A stretch of DNA of 64,000 nucleotides, taken from a virus (Duplodnaviria > Caudoviricetes). The notes below the pieces were generated by a model. That model was not told where the DNA came from and ran no database searches. It was given only the letters and a program-made list of their open reading frames with translations. The stretch is from IMG/VR virus record IMGVR_UViG_3300028558_000029, positions 356-64,355 of that record; one strand, given 5' to 3'. The translations under genes were made by a program, and so were the position numbers. Below are positions 44,674 through 53,968 of the stretch, piece after piece (positions within the stretch are counted from its first letter, which is position 1; the number at the start of each line of letters is the position of its first letter).

Positions 44674-45435
44674 GTGATCGACACTAATCACGGCAGCGGC
44701 TACGTGCCACAGGCCCCAGCCCTGTCCCCAACAGAGCGTGTAAACATAGCCATAGACAGCGCTCTGGTTTACCGCCAAAGCCTCCAGACGCCGCGCGCCT
44801 ATCTGGGCGGGTCCAGGCTCGGCGAGCCATGCTCCAGGCTGCTGTGCTACGAACTGATGGGCGTGCCGGCCGACGAGGGCAGGGAGTTTACCGGCCGGAC
44901 TCTGCGCATATTCGAGGTTGGGCACCGGTTCGAAGCGATGATGGCCGACTGGCTGACGCAAGCCGGCTTCGGTCTGCGCATCGCCAAGCGAGATGGGAGT
45001 CAGTTCGGCTTCAGCATCGCGGGCGGCAAGATCGCCGGACACATCGATGGTGTGATCACCGATGGGCCTGTCTTGGAGGTTCCGTACCCGATCGGCTGGG
45101 AACACAAGTCGCTCGGCGACAAGGGGTGGTCGAAGATCGCCAACCACGGCCTGCGCCTGGGAAACGAAACCTATTTCGGTCAGGTCCAGATTTACATGGC
45201 CTACATGGACTTGCCAGCCTTCCTGTTCACCGCGATCAACAAGAACGACGAGTCTATCTACGCCGAGATCGTTCGTTTCGATCCGGCTGCGGCCCAAGCC
45301 CTGTCAGACAAGGCGGTGACCATCGTCAGCGCTGTCGAGCGCGGCGAGCTGCTGTCCAGGATCGCCAGCCAACGCGATTTTTACAAATGCCGCATGTGCA
45401 ATCATCAGGACCGCTGCTGGTCTGATCCAAACTAG
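44674..45435 (+). CDS. Cas4-like PD-(D/E)xK exonuclease
   Basis: YLGGSRLG.PC.R, GHIDG, EHKS, QVQIYM, C..C.....CW. Confidence 0.85.
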   Translation: MIDTNHGSGYVPQAPALSPTERVNIAIDSALVYRQSLQTPRAYLGGSRLGEPCSRLLCYELMGVPADEGREFTGRTLRIFEVGHRFEAMMADWLTQAGFGLRIAKRDGSQFGFSIAGGKIAGHIDGVITDGPVLEVPYPIGWEHKSLGDKGWSKIANHGLRLGNETYFGQVQIYMAYMDLPAFLFTAINKNDESIYAEIVRFDPAAAQALSDKAVTIVSAVERGELLSRIASQRDFYKCRMCNHQDRCWSDPN

Positions 45436-45438
45436 CCA

Positions 45439-45467
45439 TTGCATATCTGCACCGGATAGTGTAATAT
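45439..45467 (+). promoter_or_regulatory. promoter TTGCAT-17-TAATAT with overlapping operator TTGCATATCTGCAC
   Basis: Intergenic, upstream of GAGG SD and ATG 45490. Confidence 0.65.
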
Positions 45468-45489
45468 CCACCATTGAAGTGAGGTTCAT

Positions 45490-45678
45490 ATGGTTCGTGA
45501 AGCGATGCGCGCCGATCGACAGCCAACGGGCTGTCGCTACGTGATAGGCGATGTGAGGCAAGGCAACTGGCGGTTCTGCCAGAAGCCCGTGCTGCGCTCG
45601 TCCTACTGTCCGGAACACGACGCGCTGTGCATCAGGGCGCGCGAGCCGGCCGAGTTGATATTGAGGAAGAAGCCGTGA
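45490..45678 (+). CDS. stand-alone GcrA C-terminal-like domain
   Basis: CRYVIGD......FC.......SYCPEH. Confidence 0.7.
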   Translation: MVREAMRADRQPTGCRYVIGDVRQGNWRFCQKPVLRSSYCPEHDALCIRAREPAELILRKKP

Positions 45679-45965
45679 CCGCCAAGACGCCAACCGAGAT
45701 CGCCGCTCTAGCTTACAGAATCTCGACCGCCGAAACTTTCTATGACGCGACAGCCATACTTGAATCCGCCCTCACCACCTACGGCCTCGCCCAGCGCCGG
45801 GAGGGGTTGGAGGAGGCGAAGAGGATGTTCGCGGAGTGGACGGTGGACCATTTCGCGGAGTGGACGGTGGACCATGATTTTAAAAGTGTAGACCTGCGCA
45901 GTGTTCGTAAGGAAATGCGAGATTTCGCCCGCTCCCTCACCCCGTCAGACGAGGAGAAGAAATAG
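45675..45965 (+). CDS. hypothetical protein
   Basis: GTGA coupling; internal 8-aa duplication. Confidence 0.6.
   Translation: MTAKTPTEIAALAYRISTAETFYDATAILESALTTYGLAQRREGLEEAKRMFAEWTVDHFAEWTVDHDFKSVDLRSVRKEMRDFARSLTPSDEEKK
45828..45875 (+). repeat. 24-bp perfect tandem duplication (FAEWTVDH x2)
   Basis: TTCGCGGAGTGGACGGTGGACCAT twice. Confidence 0.95.
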
Positions 45966-46133
45966 ATGGCCCTGATGTATTGCCGCATACATGGCACCTT
46001 TACTGCCTGGGGCTGCCGAAAGTGCTTGGAAGAACATACGGTTTTAGCGGCGAAGGAAGCAGCCGATCGTATCCATGAGATCATCAGGAAAGCGCTAGAG
46101 ACACCCAAGAAGAAAGACCCCACCCATGACTGA
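45966..46133 (+). CDS. small CxxH/CxxC hypothetical protein (55 aa)
   Basis: GAGGAG SD; abuts neighbours. Confidence 0.5.
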   Translation: MALMYCRIHGTFTAWGCRKCLEEHTVLAAKEAADRIHEIIRKALETPKKKDPTHD

Positions 46134-47307
46134 CCGCCCCTCCGAGACGCGCGTCTCCGCGGCTCACGTAGCCATTTCTGAATTTACCGGCGCCTCTCAA
46201 AAGGCGCGTGAGTTCGTCGCCATGCTTGACGCCGTTCTCCCCCTGATGCCCCCGCGCCCCATGTCCGACGCAGGGTGGGCTCTTCTAGAGACGCTGGCGG
46301 CTTCGGTAGCTGGATATTCCGGCCCGATCAGAAAGGCCCTCGATGCCGCCCACGCATCCCGTGCCGAGCGGCAGCCCACTACGCCATCCGGCAACGCCCG
46401 CTGGGAAGATCATGGCGGCCCGATTGTTCGGGCAGACCCTGACCGTCGTCAATCCCCAACCGAAAGCGAGGTGATGCCAAATTCTACCCGATCCGGTCAC
46501 GTCGGTTCCAAAGATACGACGAAGCCCCCGTCCATGGCGGCGGGGGCGGTCGATCCCAAGACGTGGGACGGGGGCGAGCGCAGGGAGAAGCAGCGGCGCG
46601 TCAAGGCTATGGCGGGCGAACACCTCCCAGCACGACGCGTCGGTGAAGACCGCCGCCAACCCCCTCCTCCAGATTGGAAGCAAGACGCGGCCGAGACTTC
46701 GCGCGTGATGCTGGCCAAGTCCCCAGCACCGCCGAAAGCCGGATCGACTGCTGGCGCTGGAGGAGCCCAAGCCATGACCACCATCACCGAAGCCCGGCTG
46801 ACCGCAGAGCAACTGGACGAACTGCGGAAGGTGGCGGAAGCGGCTACGCCGGGGCCGTGGACCGAAAAAGAGATTGGTTGGTGGCAGAACGACATCCTAG
46901 CCCCTGATGGTCATGCCGTTGTGAAGGCTGCCACCAGACCGGCCGGGGCATCAAATGCCAATGGAGGTGTTGCCCGCGTTAAGGACCGCACCCACATCGC
47001 CTCCTTCGATCCACCCACCGCCCTCGCCCTCCTCGACCGGATCGCGGTGCTGACGGAGGCGCTTCAATATTACGCAAAGACCTTCTGTGAAGGCGTCGAA
47101 AACGGGTGTGGGCACCTACATGAAAACGTTTGTAGTGGATGCAGCGCTTATGCCGCCCTATCTGCCCTCCCCCGGCCCGACAACCGCAAGCCGGGGAGGG
47201 AGAGGCGCAAGGAAGATCAGGGCTACTTCCCGCTTTCCGATGGCGGACGCAGAGGCCCACCCAATCAAGGCCCAAACCGCCGCCTCACCCAGCGGAGGAA
47301 AGCATGA
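46126..47307 (+). CDS. mosaic protein with Ead/Ea22-like domain
   Basis: LDELRKVAEAATPGPW...HIASFDPPTALALLDRI. Confidence 0.6.
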   Translation: MTDRPSETRVSAAHVAISEFTGASQKAREFVAMLDAVLPLMPPRPMSDAGWALLETLAASVAGYSGPIRKALDAAHASRAERQPTTPSGNARWEDHGGPIVRADPDRRQSPTESEVMPNSTRSGHVGSKDTTKPPSMAAGAVDPKTWDGGERREKQRRVKAMAGEHLPARRVGEDRRQPPPPDWKQDAAETSRVMLAKSPAPPKAGSTAGAGGAQAMTTITEARLTAEQLDELRKVAEAATPGPWTEKEIGWWQNDILAPDGHAVVKAATRPAGASNANGGVARVKDRTHIASFDPPTALALLDRIAVLTEALQYYAKTFCEGVENGCGHLHENVCSGCSAYAALSALPRPDNRKPGRERRKEDQGYFPLSDGGRRGPPNQGPNRRLTQRRKA

Positions 47308-47627
47308 CCGCCCCCACCGACCGCGAGGAAACGCTTGAGGAGATGGCGGCGAGGCTTGGACATTGCGGTCGCCCGGTGATCTGCTACGAAACACTTAGCC
47401 CCGCTGGTTGCATTGGAACACGAGATACTTGCCAGCAGCACCGCATCCTCTCCGCCCTTCGCGCCGCAGAAAATCGCGGGCTTGAGCGGGTCGGCCATGC
47501 AGTAGAGCACGCACCGGCTCCGTTTTGCGGGGACACGTCCGGAGACGTTCGCCAAGAGGTTCTCCGTTTCATCCGCGCCCTAGCCAACGCCCCTGCCGAA
47601 CCGGAGGATAGTAATCATGGGCGTTAG
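47304..47627 (+). CDS. hypothetical protein
   Basis: GGAGG SD, ATGA coupling. Confidence 0.6.
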   Translation: MTAPTDREETLEEMAARLGHCGRPVICYETLSPAGCIGTRDTCQQHRILSALRAAENRGLERVGHAVEHAPAPFCGDTSGDVRQEVLRFIRALANAPAEPEDSNHGR

Positions 47628-48261
47628 GATTCATCCCTGCTACCGCTGCCCTCTCCGGAAGGGTTGCCCCGATCGAGAGCGCTGGGCACAGAAAGTCCAA
47701 GGTCTCGGACTGACGGCAGCGCGCTTCAAATGCCCCCGCCTCGGCTTTCAGCTTCGCCTTGGTCGTCGCATCGAAATCCGCGTTCCGGTCAGAGACACGA
47801 AATACCAACACGATGGCGTTGCATGGAAGCGTGCGAAGGCCACGATCAGCGCTGTCCAGTCCTTGCGGGATCGGGCAGAAACTTTTCGTATTCGCATGGA
47901 GATTGCGGAAGACAACCTTACCAAGGTTTGTATTCAACGAGACCAAGCCAAAGCCGAACTCGCCGCTACTTCCAAATGGCTGGGCGAACTTCTCGCCATC
48001 ATCCACCGAGACGGCGGGCACTATTCCCAAGAGCGCGGCTGGCAGAAATCGGTCAACGACGCGCACCTGATCTGGGCAGACCTTATTGGCAAGGCGGAAG
48101 AACTCGCCGCCCTCAAGTCCCGCCCCGAGGGGAGAGTGGTGACGGCGGAGGCGTTGCAAGACGCCATGCAGTTCATCGCCGGCAAGGGATTGAAGGTCGA
48201 ATTGAACGATGCTCGTCGAGTGCTGGAACTCCTCGGACCCATCCTCTCAAGCATGGACTGA
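47617..48261 (+). CDS. hypothetical protein
   Basis: GGAGG SD; LLAIIHRDGGHY motif. Confidence 0.6.
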   Translation: MGVRIHPCYRCPLRKGCPDRERWAQKVQGLGLTAARFKCPRLGFQLRLGRRIEIRVPVRDTKYQHDGVAWKRAKATISAVQSLRDRAETFRIRMEIAEDNLTKVCIQRDQAKAELAATSKWLGELLAIIHRDGGHYSQERGWQKSVNDAHLIWADLIGKAEELAALKSRPEGRVVTAEALQDAMQFIAGKGLKVELNDARRVLELLGPILSSMD

Positions 48262-48263
48262 CC

Positions 48264-48602
48264 ATGGCTCCGCCAATCACCGTCTGGACTCCAGACCGCG
48301 TTGCCAAGCTGCGCGAGCTATTCGCCGCCGGCCTCCCTGTGGGTGCTATCGCCAAGCAGCTGAGCACTAGTAAAGCGAGTGCTTACGTGCATCTTCTCAA
48401 GCTGGGCCTGTCGACTCGCGCTAGACGCAATCTCAGGCCGCTCGACGAGCGCAACCGAACCATCCTCGCCATGTTCGAGGCTGGTTACCAACGGAAGGAA
48501 ATAGCGGCCGAGCTGGGCCTGACATCCTGCCACATCGGCAATCTGCTCACAACCTTCGGACTGAGCATCCGGGCACGCAACAAAGAAAGGAAAACAAAAT
48601 GA
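48264..48602 (+). CDS. GcrA N-terminal-like HTH protein (two HTH units)
   Basis: WTPDRVAKLRELFAAGL....IAKQL. Confidence 0.7.
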   Translation: MAPPITVWTPDRVAKLRELFAAGLPVGAIAKQLSTSKASAYVHLLKLGLSTRARRNLRPLDERNRTILAMFEAGYQRKEIAAELGLTSCHIGNLLTTFGLSIRARNKERKTK

Positions 48603-48943
48603 AGATTCTCATCTTTGGTGGCTCCAACAGCCACAATGTCTATCTGGTCTACAAAACGCTGACTCCGCTTCACCGGAGCAAGCCGATCACCAGCGTCGCC
48701 CACACCAACGAATCCGGTATCGGCCGGATCATCGCCAAGTGGGCCAAACAGCACGGGGTCGAGGAGATCGTTTACACGCCATCCTGGTACGACCAGAAAG
48801 AGCCGGTCCTGCGCAACGCCATGCTGCTGGCATTCGAGTCGCCGGACGTGGTTATCGCCATGTCCGACGACCTCGCGACACGCAATCTGGTGGCCATGGC
48901 GCGCAAGAATCATATCAAGACACTAGAGGTGGGGTCAAAATAG
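48599..48943 (+). CDS. DUF2493/YspA SLOG-like protein (degenerate)
   Basis: MKILIFGG...WA...GV......W......RNAML...PDVVIA. Confidence 0.7.
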   Translation: MKILIFGGSNSHNVYLVYKTLTPLHRSKPITSVAHTNESGIGRIIAKWAKQHGVEEIVYTPSWYDQKEPVLRNAMLLAFESPDVVIAMSDDLATRNLVAMARKNHIKTLEVGSK

Positions 48944-49051
48944 TCATCAAGGCCCCACCTATATGGAGAATTCATTCCTAATTGCGGGGCCTCGAAACTG
49001 TGACTAGGCTGGTTGCCTCACTGGTGGTGGTGAGATTCAATCGGGGCTAAA

Positions 49052-51247
49052 ATGACCGGGGACAAGCTGGCTTCCTTCATGGAAGCTATGGCCAGGAGGG
49101 GGATTGCTTCTGGCCACATAATTCCGGACGGTAAGCTGCATCGCTGCGACACGACAGCTCGAAACGGGTCTGGCGATGCGGCTTACGTTCTGTACATGAA
49201 CGGAATAGCCCATGGCGGCTTTCAGAACTGGCAGGATGGCCAGGGCTGGGAGGACTGGCAGAGCGGCGAGGAGTCGTCGCTCTCATGGGAACAGCGCCAA
49301 TCCTACTACCGGGCGGTGCAGGAACAGCGGAGGCAGCGAGATGAGGAGTCGGCGAGGCGTCGAGAGAGTGCAGCTCAAAGCGCGCAAAAACTCTGGACAT
49401 TGGGCGCGGAAATTCAGCGGACGGACGTTGTTCATCCCTATCTCGAAAGAAAGCATGTCGGCGCTCACGGCATCCGGTCGGATGGCGGACGCCTGCTTGT
49501 ACCGGCATGGGGTATGGATGGAGTTCTTCACACGCTCCAGACGATCGACATATCTGGTCAAAAACTCTACCTTCCAGGCGGCAGCGTCCAAGGGCACTTC
49601 CACGTTGTCGGGGTTCCTCGCGAGTCGACACCCCTCCTGATCGCCGAAGGCTACGCCACGGCTGCCAGCCTGCATGAGTCGACGGGCTATCCGGTCATTG
49701 TCACCTTCCAGGCCAACAACCTTCTGCCGGTCGCGCAGGCATGGCGTGAGCGCATGCCGACGGCCAGGATCGCCGTCTGTGCCGATGACGACTGGAAGAC
49801 CGTCGTCGGCGGCAGGCCGACCAATGTCGGCGTGATCAAGGCCACCGAAGCCGCACAGGCCATCGCTGGTTTTCTTATCGTGCCCAAGTTTGTCAAAAAT
49901 AGGGTGGACAAGGACACCGACTTCAACGATCTGGCAATTTCAGAAGGGCCGGACGCCGTTCGCCGCCAGATCGAGTCGGTCATCAACAACCGGCTGGTCC
50001 ATGCCACACCGTTTACATGGATGGATGAGTCGACCATCCCGCCGCGTGCCTGGCTCTATGGCCGGCACCTGATTCGCCGCCACGTCAGCCTGACCATCGC
50101 GCCCGGTGCCATGGGCAAGTCAAGCCTGCTGATCGGGGACGCCATAGCGATGGCGAGCGGCAAGGATTTGTTGAACAGCTATGTGCATCCGGGGCGGGAT
50201 GGTGGCCAGGGGGATGACCGAGGCGCATCCCGGGACAATAACCGAGACACCCTATCGGGCGTCTCGTCCCAACCCGGAGTCCAAGGGCACCGGGTTTGGT
50301 ACTGGAACCTTGAAGACCCCGCCGACGAGCTGCAACGCCGCTTCATCGCCGCCATCCGTCACTATGGCGTGGAGCCCGAGTCCCTAGCCGACCGGCTGTT
50401 TGTCGATTCAGGCCGACAGCAAGGGCTGACCATGGCCCGGCAGGACCGTGGCGAAACCATCATCATGGAGCCGATCGTCGACGCTGTGATCAAGGAGATC
50501 AAGGAACGGAAGATCGACGTGCTTATCGTCGATCCGTTCGTCTCCTGCCACACCGTGCCCGAGAACGACAATGGGGCCGTGGATGCCGTGATCAAGCGGT
50601 GGGCCAAGGTGGCCGACGAATGCGATTGCGCCATAGAGTTGGTCCACCACAGCCGCAAGCTGGGTGGGGGCGAAGCGACAGCGGAGTCTTCGCGAGGAGC
50701 ATCGGCCCTCCTGGCCGCCGCGCGCTCGGTGCGCGTGCTCAACCGGATGACCAAGGAGGAGGCCGAGGAGGCCAGCGTTCCGACTTATGGAAAGTCCGGA
50801 CATTTGAGTTATTTCCGGGTCAGCCATGACAAGGAGAACCTGACTCCAGCCAGCCCGGAAAGCAGCTGGTTCCATTTTTTGAGCGTCGAGCTGGCCAATG
50901 GGGACAATGTCGGCGTGATCGAACCGTGGAAGTGGCCGAGCGCGTTCGACGGCATCTCCGCGAGCATCCTGCCGGCCGTGCAGCGGGCCGTGTCAGGCAA
51001 GGGGCTGAGGTACGACAGCCGATCGGAAGAGTGGGTTGGATTCGCCGTGGCCCGCATTGCCGGGCTGGATCACCAGGACATGGCGGCCAGGGCGCAGATA
51101 CGGCGCATGGTCGACCAGTGGATTCAGAACGCCGTGCTGCGCAAGATCGAGGTGGTGACGGAGCGCCGGCAGACCAAGGTGGCCATCGAAGTGGGGCGGT
51201 GGGTCGAGGGTTTCGTGGGCGCTACAGTCGTTGACGAGGAACTGTAG
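49052..51247 (+). CDS. primase-helicase (TOPRIM + AAA_25)
   Basis: HPYL, IAEGYATA, ADDD, TDFNDL; APGAMGKS, IVDPF, VHHSRK, SRGAS. Confidence 0.92.
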   Translation: MTGDKLASFMEAMARRGIASGHIIPDGKLHRCDTTARNGSGDAAYVLYMNGIAHGGFQNWQDGQGWEDWQSGEESSLSWEQRQSYYRAVQEQRRQRDEESARRRESAAQSAQKLWTLGAEIQRTDVVHPYLERKHVGAHGIRSDGGRLLVPAWGMDGVLHTLQTIDISGQKLYLPGGSVQGHFHVVGVPRESTPLLIAEGYATAASLHESTGYPVIVTFQANNLLPVAQAWRERMPTARIAVCADDDWKTVVGGRPTNVGVIKATEAAQAIAGFLIVPKFVKNRVDKDTDFNDLAISEGPDAVRRQIESVINNRLVHATPFTWMDESTIPPRAWLYGRHLIRRHVSLTIAPGAMGKSSLLIGDAIAMASGKDLLNSYVHPGRDGGQGDDRGASRDNNRDTLSGVSSQPGVQGHRVWYWNLEDPADELQRRFIAAIRHYGVEPESLADRLFVDSGRQQGLTMARQDRGETIIMEPIVDAVIKEIKERKIDVLIVDPFVSCHTVPENDNGAVDAVIKRWAKVADECDCAIELVHHSRKLGGGEATAESSRGASALLAAARSVRVLNRMTKEEAEEASVPTYGKSGHLSYFRVSHDKENLTPASPESSWFHFLSVELANGDNVGVIEPWKWPSAFDGISASILPAVQRAVSGKGLRYDSRSEEWVGFAVARIAGLDHQDMAARAQIRRMVDQWIQNAVLRKIEVVTERRQTKVAIEVGRWVEGFVGATVVDEEL

Positions 51248-51367
51248 CATGACTGTAGCAACTGTAGCACCAGGCTGCGAAGGTGACCATTGCTACAGTC
51301 GCTACAGATATTACCCCCATAGGGGGGAATAATATCTGTAAAGCCCTGCGGGCTAGCGACTGTAGCA
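51221..51367. repeat. putative replication origin: ACTGTAGCA iterons in both orientations around a long palindrome
   Basis: Direct copies 51241, 51252, 51261, 51359; inverted 51221, 51291, 51300; TACAGATATT...AATATCTGTA. Confidence 0.65.
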
Positions 51368-51484
51368 GCCATGGTCACCGTAGGCGAGTGTAGCGGGGTG
51401 CGGCGGGCAGGATGGTCAGACGGAAAATCGGAGATATTGTTTTGGAATTGGTCGAACGGAAAATCGGGGGCTGGGTTTGAAAAA

Positions 51485-51682
51485 ATGATATGGCTGGTTC
51501 AGATCGACGCGCCGCAGCCTGACGCCGCGATCATCGTCGCGTCCGGCGAAGTGGTTTTCGCGACTCCGGCCCTCGGATGGGCGGTGGGGAAGTCGGCGAC
51601 GGAAATTTACGAATGGTGCGAGAGGAAGGGGTATCAGACATCGGCTGCGAGGATCGCTAGCAGGCGCGATAGCGCGACATAG
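51485..51682 (+). CDS. hypothetical protein
   Basis: IDAP...A......V....P.L.W..GK. Confidence 0.55.
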   Translation: MIWLVQIDAPQPDAAIIVASGEVVFATPALGWAVGKSATEIYEWCERKGYQTSAARIASRRDSAT

Positions 51683-51817
51683 CGATTGCGTGCGTTCTGG
51701 TGAGGCTACAGGCCGGTTTGTGGGTTGTCTGGTATGGTGGTAGCTGATGGGGTGGTTTGTGAGGCCTGTACGGGGCTTAGAATGGATTGCGGATTCGGCT
51801 GGCCTGGGTGGTTCGGC

Positions 51818-51851
51818 AAAAGAAAGCCCGGCACGCGGTAGCGGCCGGGCT
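51818..51851 (-). terminator. intrinsic terminator of leftward operon
   Basis: AGCCCGGC/GCCGGGCT stem with AAAAGAA on + strand side. Confidence 0.75.
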
Positions 51852-51875
51852 GGTAGTGTGTAAACGGTTAGTGGT

Positions 51876-52292
51876 TCAGTCTTCCCATTCGACCTTGATA
51901 GTGGCGAAATAACCTTCGCTAGGCGGTCTGGCATAGCCAGCCGTGATTGCTTGGTCTCTGGATTCGTAAAGCCTGATTCCAGGCCCGGCCGTCATGGGTG
52001 GGCGCGGTTCGCGCTCTTTGCCGGGGTGGCGATAGAGATTGAGCCAACCGACACGCTTGGTGGGGATGTTGACAAGATCGCCCGGCATATTCCCTTTTGA
52101 ACCATAGCCAAGCCCACCGGCGGTGAAGCAGGCTACCGCCTCCCCGTATCCAGCCATATCGTCAATCAGGGCAACAATAGACATGCTGCCCCCGACTCGG
52201 TTTGTCGAAATGATCCGGGCTCTCCGCCCATCGCGAGTCTGGACGGGTTTGGCGGGGTCGAAGGGCTTTGGTATGGTTGCGCTGCAAGCCAT
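51876..52292 (-). CDS. hypothetical protein
   Basis: KPVQTRDGRRARII...DL.N...W.N.Y; AAAGGA SD. Confidence 0.8.
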   Translation of the reverse strand: MACSATIPKPFDPAKPVQTRDGRRARIISTNRVGGSMSIVALIDDMAGYGEAVACFTAGGLGYGSKGNMPGDLVNIPTKRVGWLNLYRHPGKEREPRPPMTAGPGIRLYESRDQAITAGYARPPSEGYFATIKVEWED

Positions 52293-52318
52293 TGTGATAG
52301 ATCCTTTAGTTTAAACGT

Positions 52319-52384
52319 TCAGTCGCTATGCGCCACGGCATAGATGACCAGGATGAGGCTGACGAAGATGAGGGTCGCGGTCAT
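52319..52384 (-). CDS. 21-aa single-TM peptide MTATLIFVSLILVIYAVAHSD
   Basis: GGAGG SD, ATGA-coupled to a 15-aa ORF at 52381-52428. Confidence 0.45.
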   Translation of the reverse strand: MTATLIFVSLILVIYAVAHSD

Positions 52385-52486
52385 GCTTCCTCCGCCTCGT
52401 AGTGGCGGGCCTGAAATTTTGGTTTCATGATAGCTCCTCTTTGTGCAGCCCGCGCGAGCGGGCAAGGAGGAACTGACGGGGTGTGA

Positions 52487-52786
52487 TCATGGCGTAGACT
52501 CCGCCAGTCCGCAGGCTTCGAGCAACCGCCGCCGAAGGCGGGGATTGTGACCATGCAAGCGATTCTGGGCCAGGAAGACAGCTAGGATATCGCCCTTGAT
52601 CGCCAGGAACTTAATGGCCGGGCGAGCGGACTCGACAAGGCATTGAGCGGTAGCGGGAGAACATGTCCGGCCGGCGGGATCGTTCGGGATCGGGGCGCGA
52701 ATGCAGCCATCGCGCAACTCCCATCGAAGGCCGGCGGGATTGTCTTTCAGGTAGTCAACGATCTGACAGACGGTAGGTTGAGTCAT
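52487..52786 (-). CDS. hypothetical protein
   Basis: AGGA SD; LRRRLLEACGL C-terminus. Confidence 0.6.
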   Translation of the reverse strand: MTQPTVCQIVDYLKDNPAGLRWELRDGCIRAPIPNDPAGRTCSPATAQCLVESARPAIKFLAIKGDILAVFLAQNRLHGHNPRLRRRLLEACGLAESTP

Positions 52787-52871
52787 GGTCTGGTTCCTAT
52801 CGGTTAGGCTGGCACCGCAAAGCCCCGCCAATGGGGCTACCACGGGCGGGGCGGGGCGGGGCTAGGTCTGA

Positions 52872-53099
52872 CTACTCGTCGTATTCGCTGGGGTCTAGGA
52901 GCGGCAGAATCTCGACGGGATCGGCCCATCCTTCGGTGGCTTCGTTTGCCTCCGCTTCGTCGCGAAAGGGACCGTAGGCAGCAAAGCCGGTGTAGATCGA
53001 TCCGACCAGCACTATCGCGAGCGGTTCGGGCAGCGGCAGGGGTGGGCGTTTCGCCGGTTCGGCCGGCTCCTCGGTTGTGGGTGTTCCATCCATGCTCAT
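52872..53099 (-). CDS. hypothetical acidic protein
   Basis: GGAG SD; G....GF..YGPF....A. Confidence 0.6.
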   Translation of the reverse strand: MSMDGTPTTEEPAEPAKRPPLPLPEPLAIVLVGSIYTGFAAYGPFRDEAEANEATEGWADPVEILPLLDPSEYDE

Positions 53100-53237
53100 T
53101 GTCTCCAGGTATGTCGATTGAGCCACCATGAGGCGGCAAAGATGGCAAGGGAGGCGATAGCGGTAACGCCAGCCCTTGCCAGTGACCAGATCAACCGGGG
53201 AGCGGCCATTGTCCGGACAATTCAGTTTCGTTTTTCA

Positions 53238-53942
53238 TTATCGAATCCACTCGGTGGTGAAGATCGCGTTTGCGTAGGGATCGCGGTCTGGCGACGTGAC
53301 GGCGAGTCGCTTCGCTGCTTTCGCGACCGGATCGGCCGCTTTCGGCTTGTGTCCGGTCTTCAGTTCGGCGTAGGGCCGGACTGGCAGCTTGGGCGGATTC
53401 GCCGCTTTCTCCGCTTTCACTTTTCGTGCGTTTACACGAACAAACTCAAGAACAGCCTCGGCTTGCGATAGCTCGAGTGGACGGGGCGGAGTCGCCTGTG
53501 AGCGGAGGAAGAAGAACGATTGGGCGAATCGCCGTGCTGTCTCGGTTCCCCCGAATCTTTCCAAGTGCTGGATTCCGGCTTGTGGGTCGGACAGGACCAT
53601 GTGGACGTTGGGGAAGTGATAGACGTGAACCGGGCGCGAGGCGGGATGCGCGCGCGTTCGCAGGTTAAGGATAGCGTCGCTGGCTAGCACGATATGCTGG
53701 CGGACATACCGATTGACGCTGCCGTTTCGAACGAACGCAACGATATGGTCGCCGAAATCGCCGATAGCGGCGATAACGGTTGATTCGCTGTTGCCGGTCG
53801 GGCGCGAGTATAGAACCTGACATACCATCGCCTCCGATCTCTCCGGGGATGTTCGGAGCGTCTGGTGACGATTCGTCATGCGGCGACTCGTCATGTTGAC
53901 AAAGCCGTAGATGATCTGGGCATTCGTGAAAGCGCGGGGCAT
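53238..53942 (-). CDS. hypothetical protein
   Basis: AAGGAG SD, 234 aa. Confidence 0.7.
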   Translation of the reverse strand: MPRAFTNAQIIYGFVNMTSRRMTNRHQTLRTSPERSEAMVCQVLYSRPTGNSESTVIAAIGDFGDHIVAFVRNGSVNRYVRQHIVLASDAILNLRTRAHPASRPVHVYHFPNVHMVLSDPQAGIQHLERFGGTETARRFAQSFFFLRSQATPPRPLELSQAEAVLEFVRVNARKVKAEKAANPPKLPVRPYAELKTGHKPKAADPVAKAAKRLAVTSPDRDPYANAIFTTEWIR

Positions 53943-53968
53943 GGTTGAGTCTCCTTTAGTTTAAACGG

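Noticed and set aside
44674-45435. CRISPR-Cas locus
   Set aside because: The Cas4-like nuclease is a solo phage recombination exonuclease; no repeat-spacer array or other cas genes were seen
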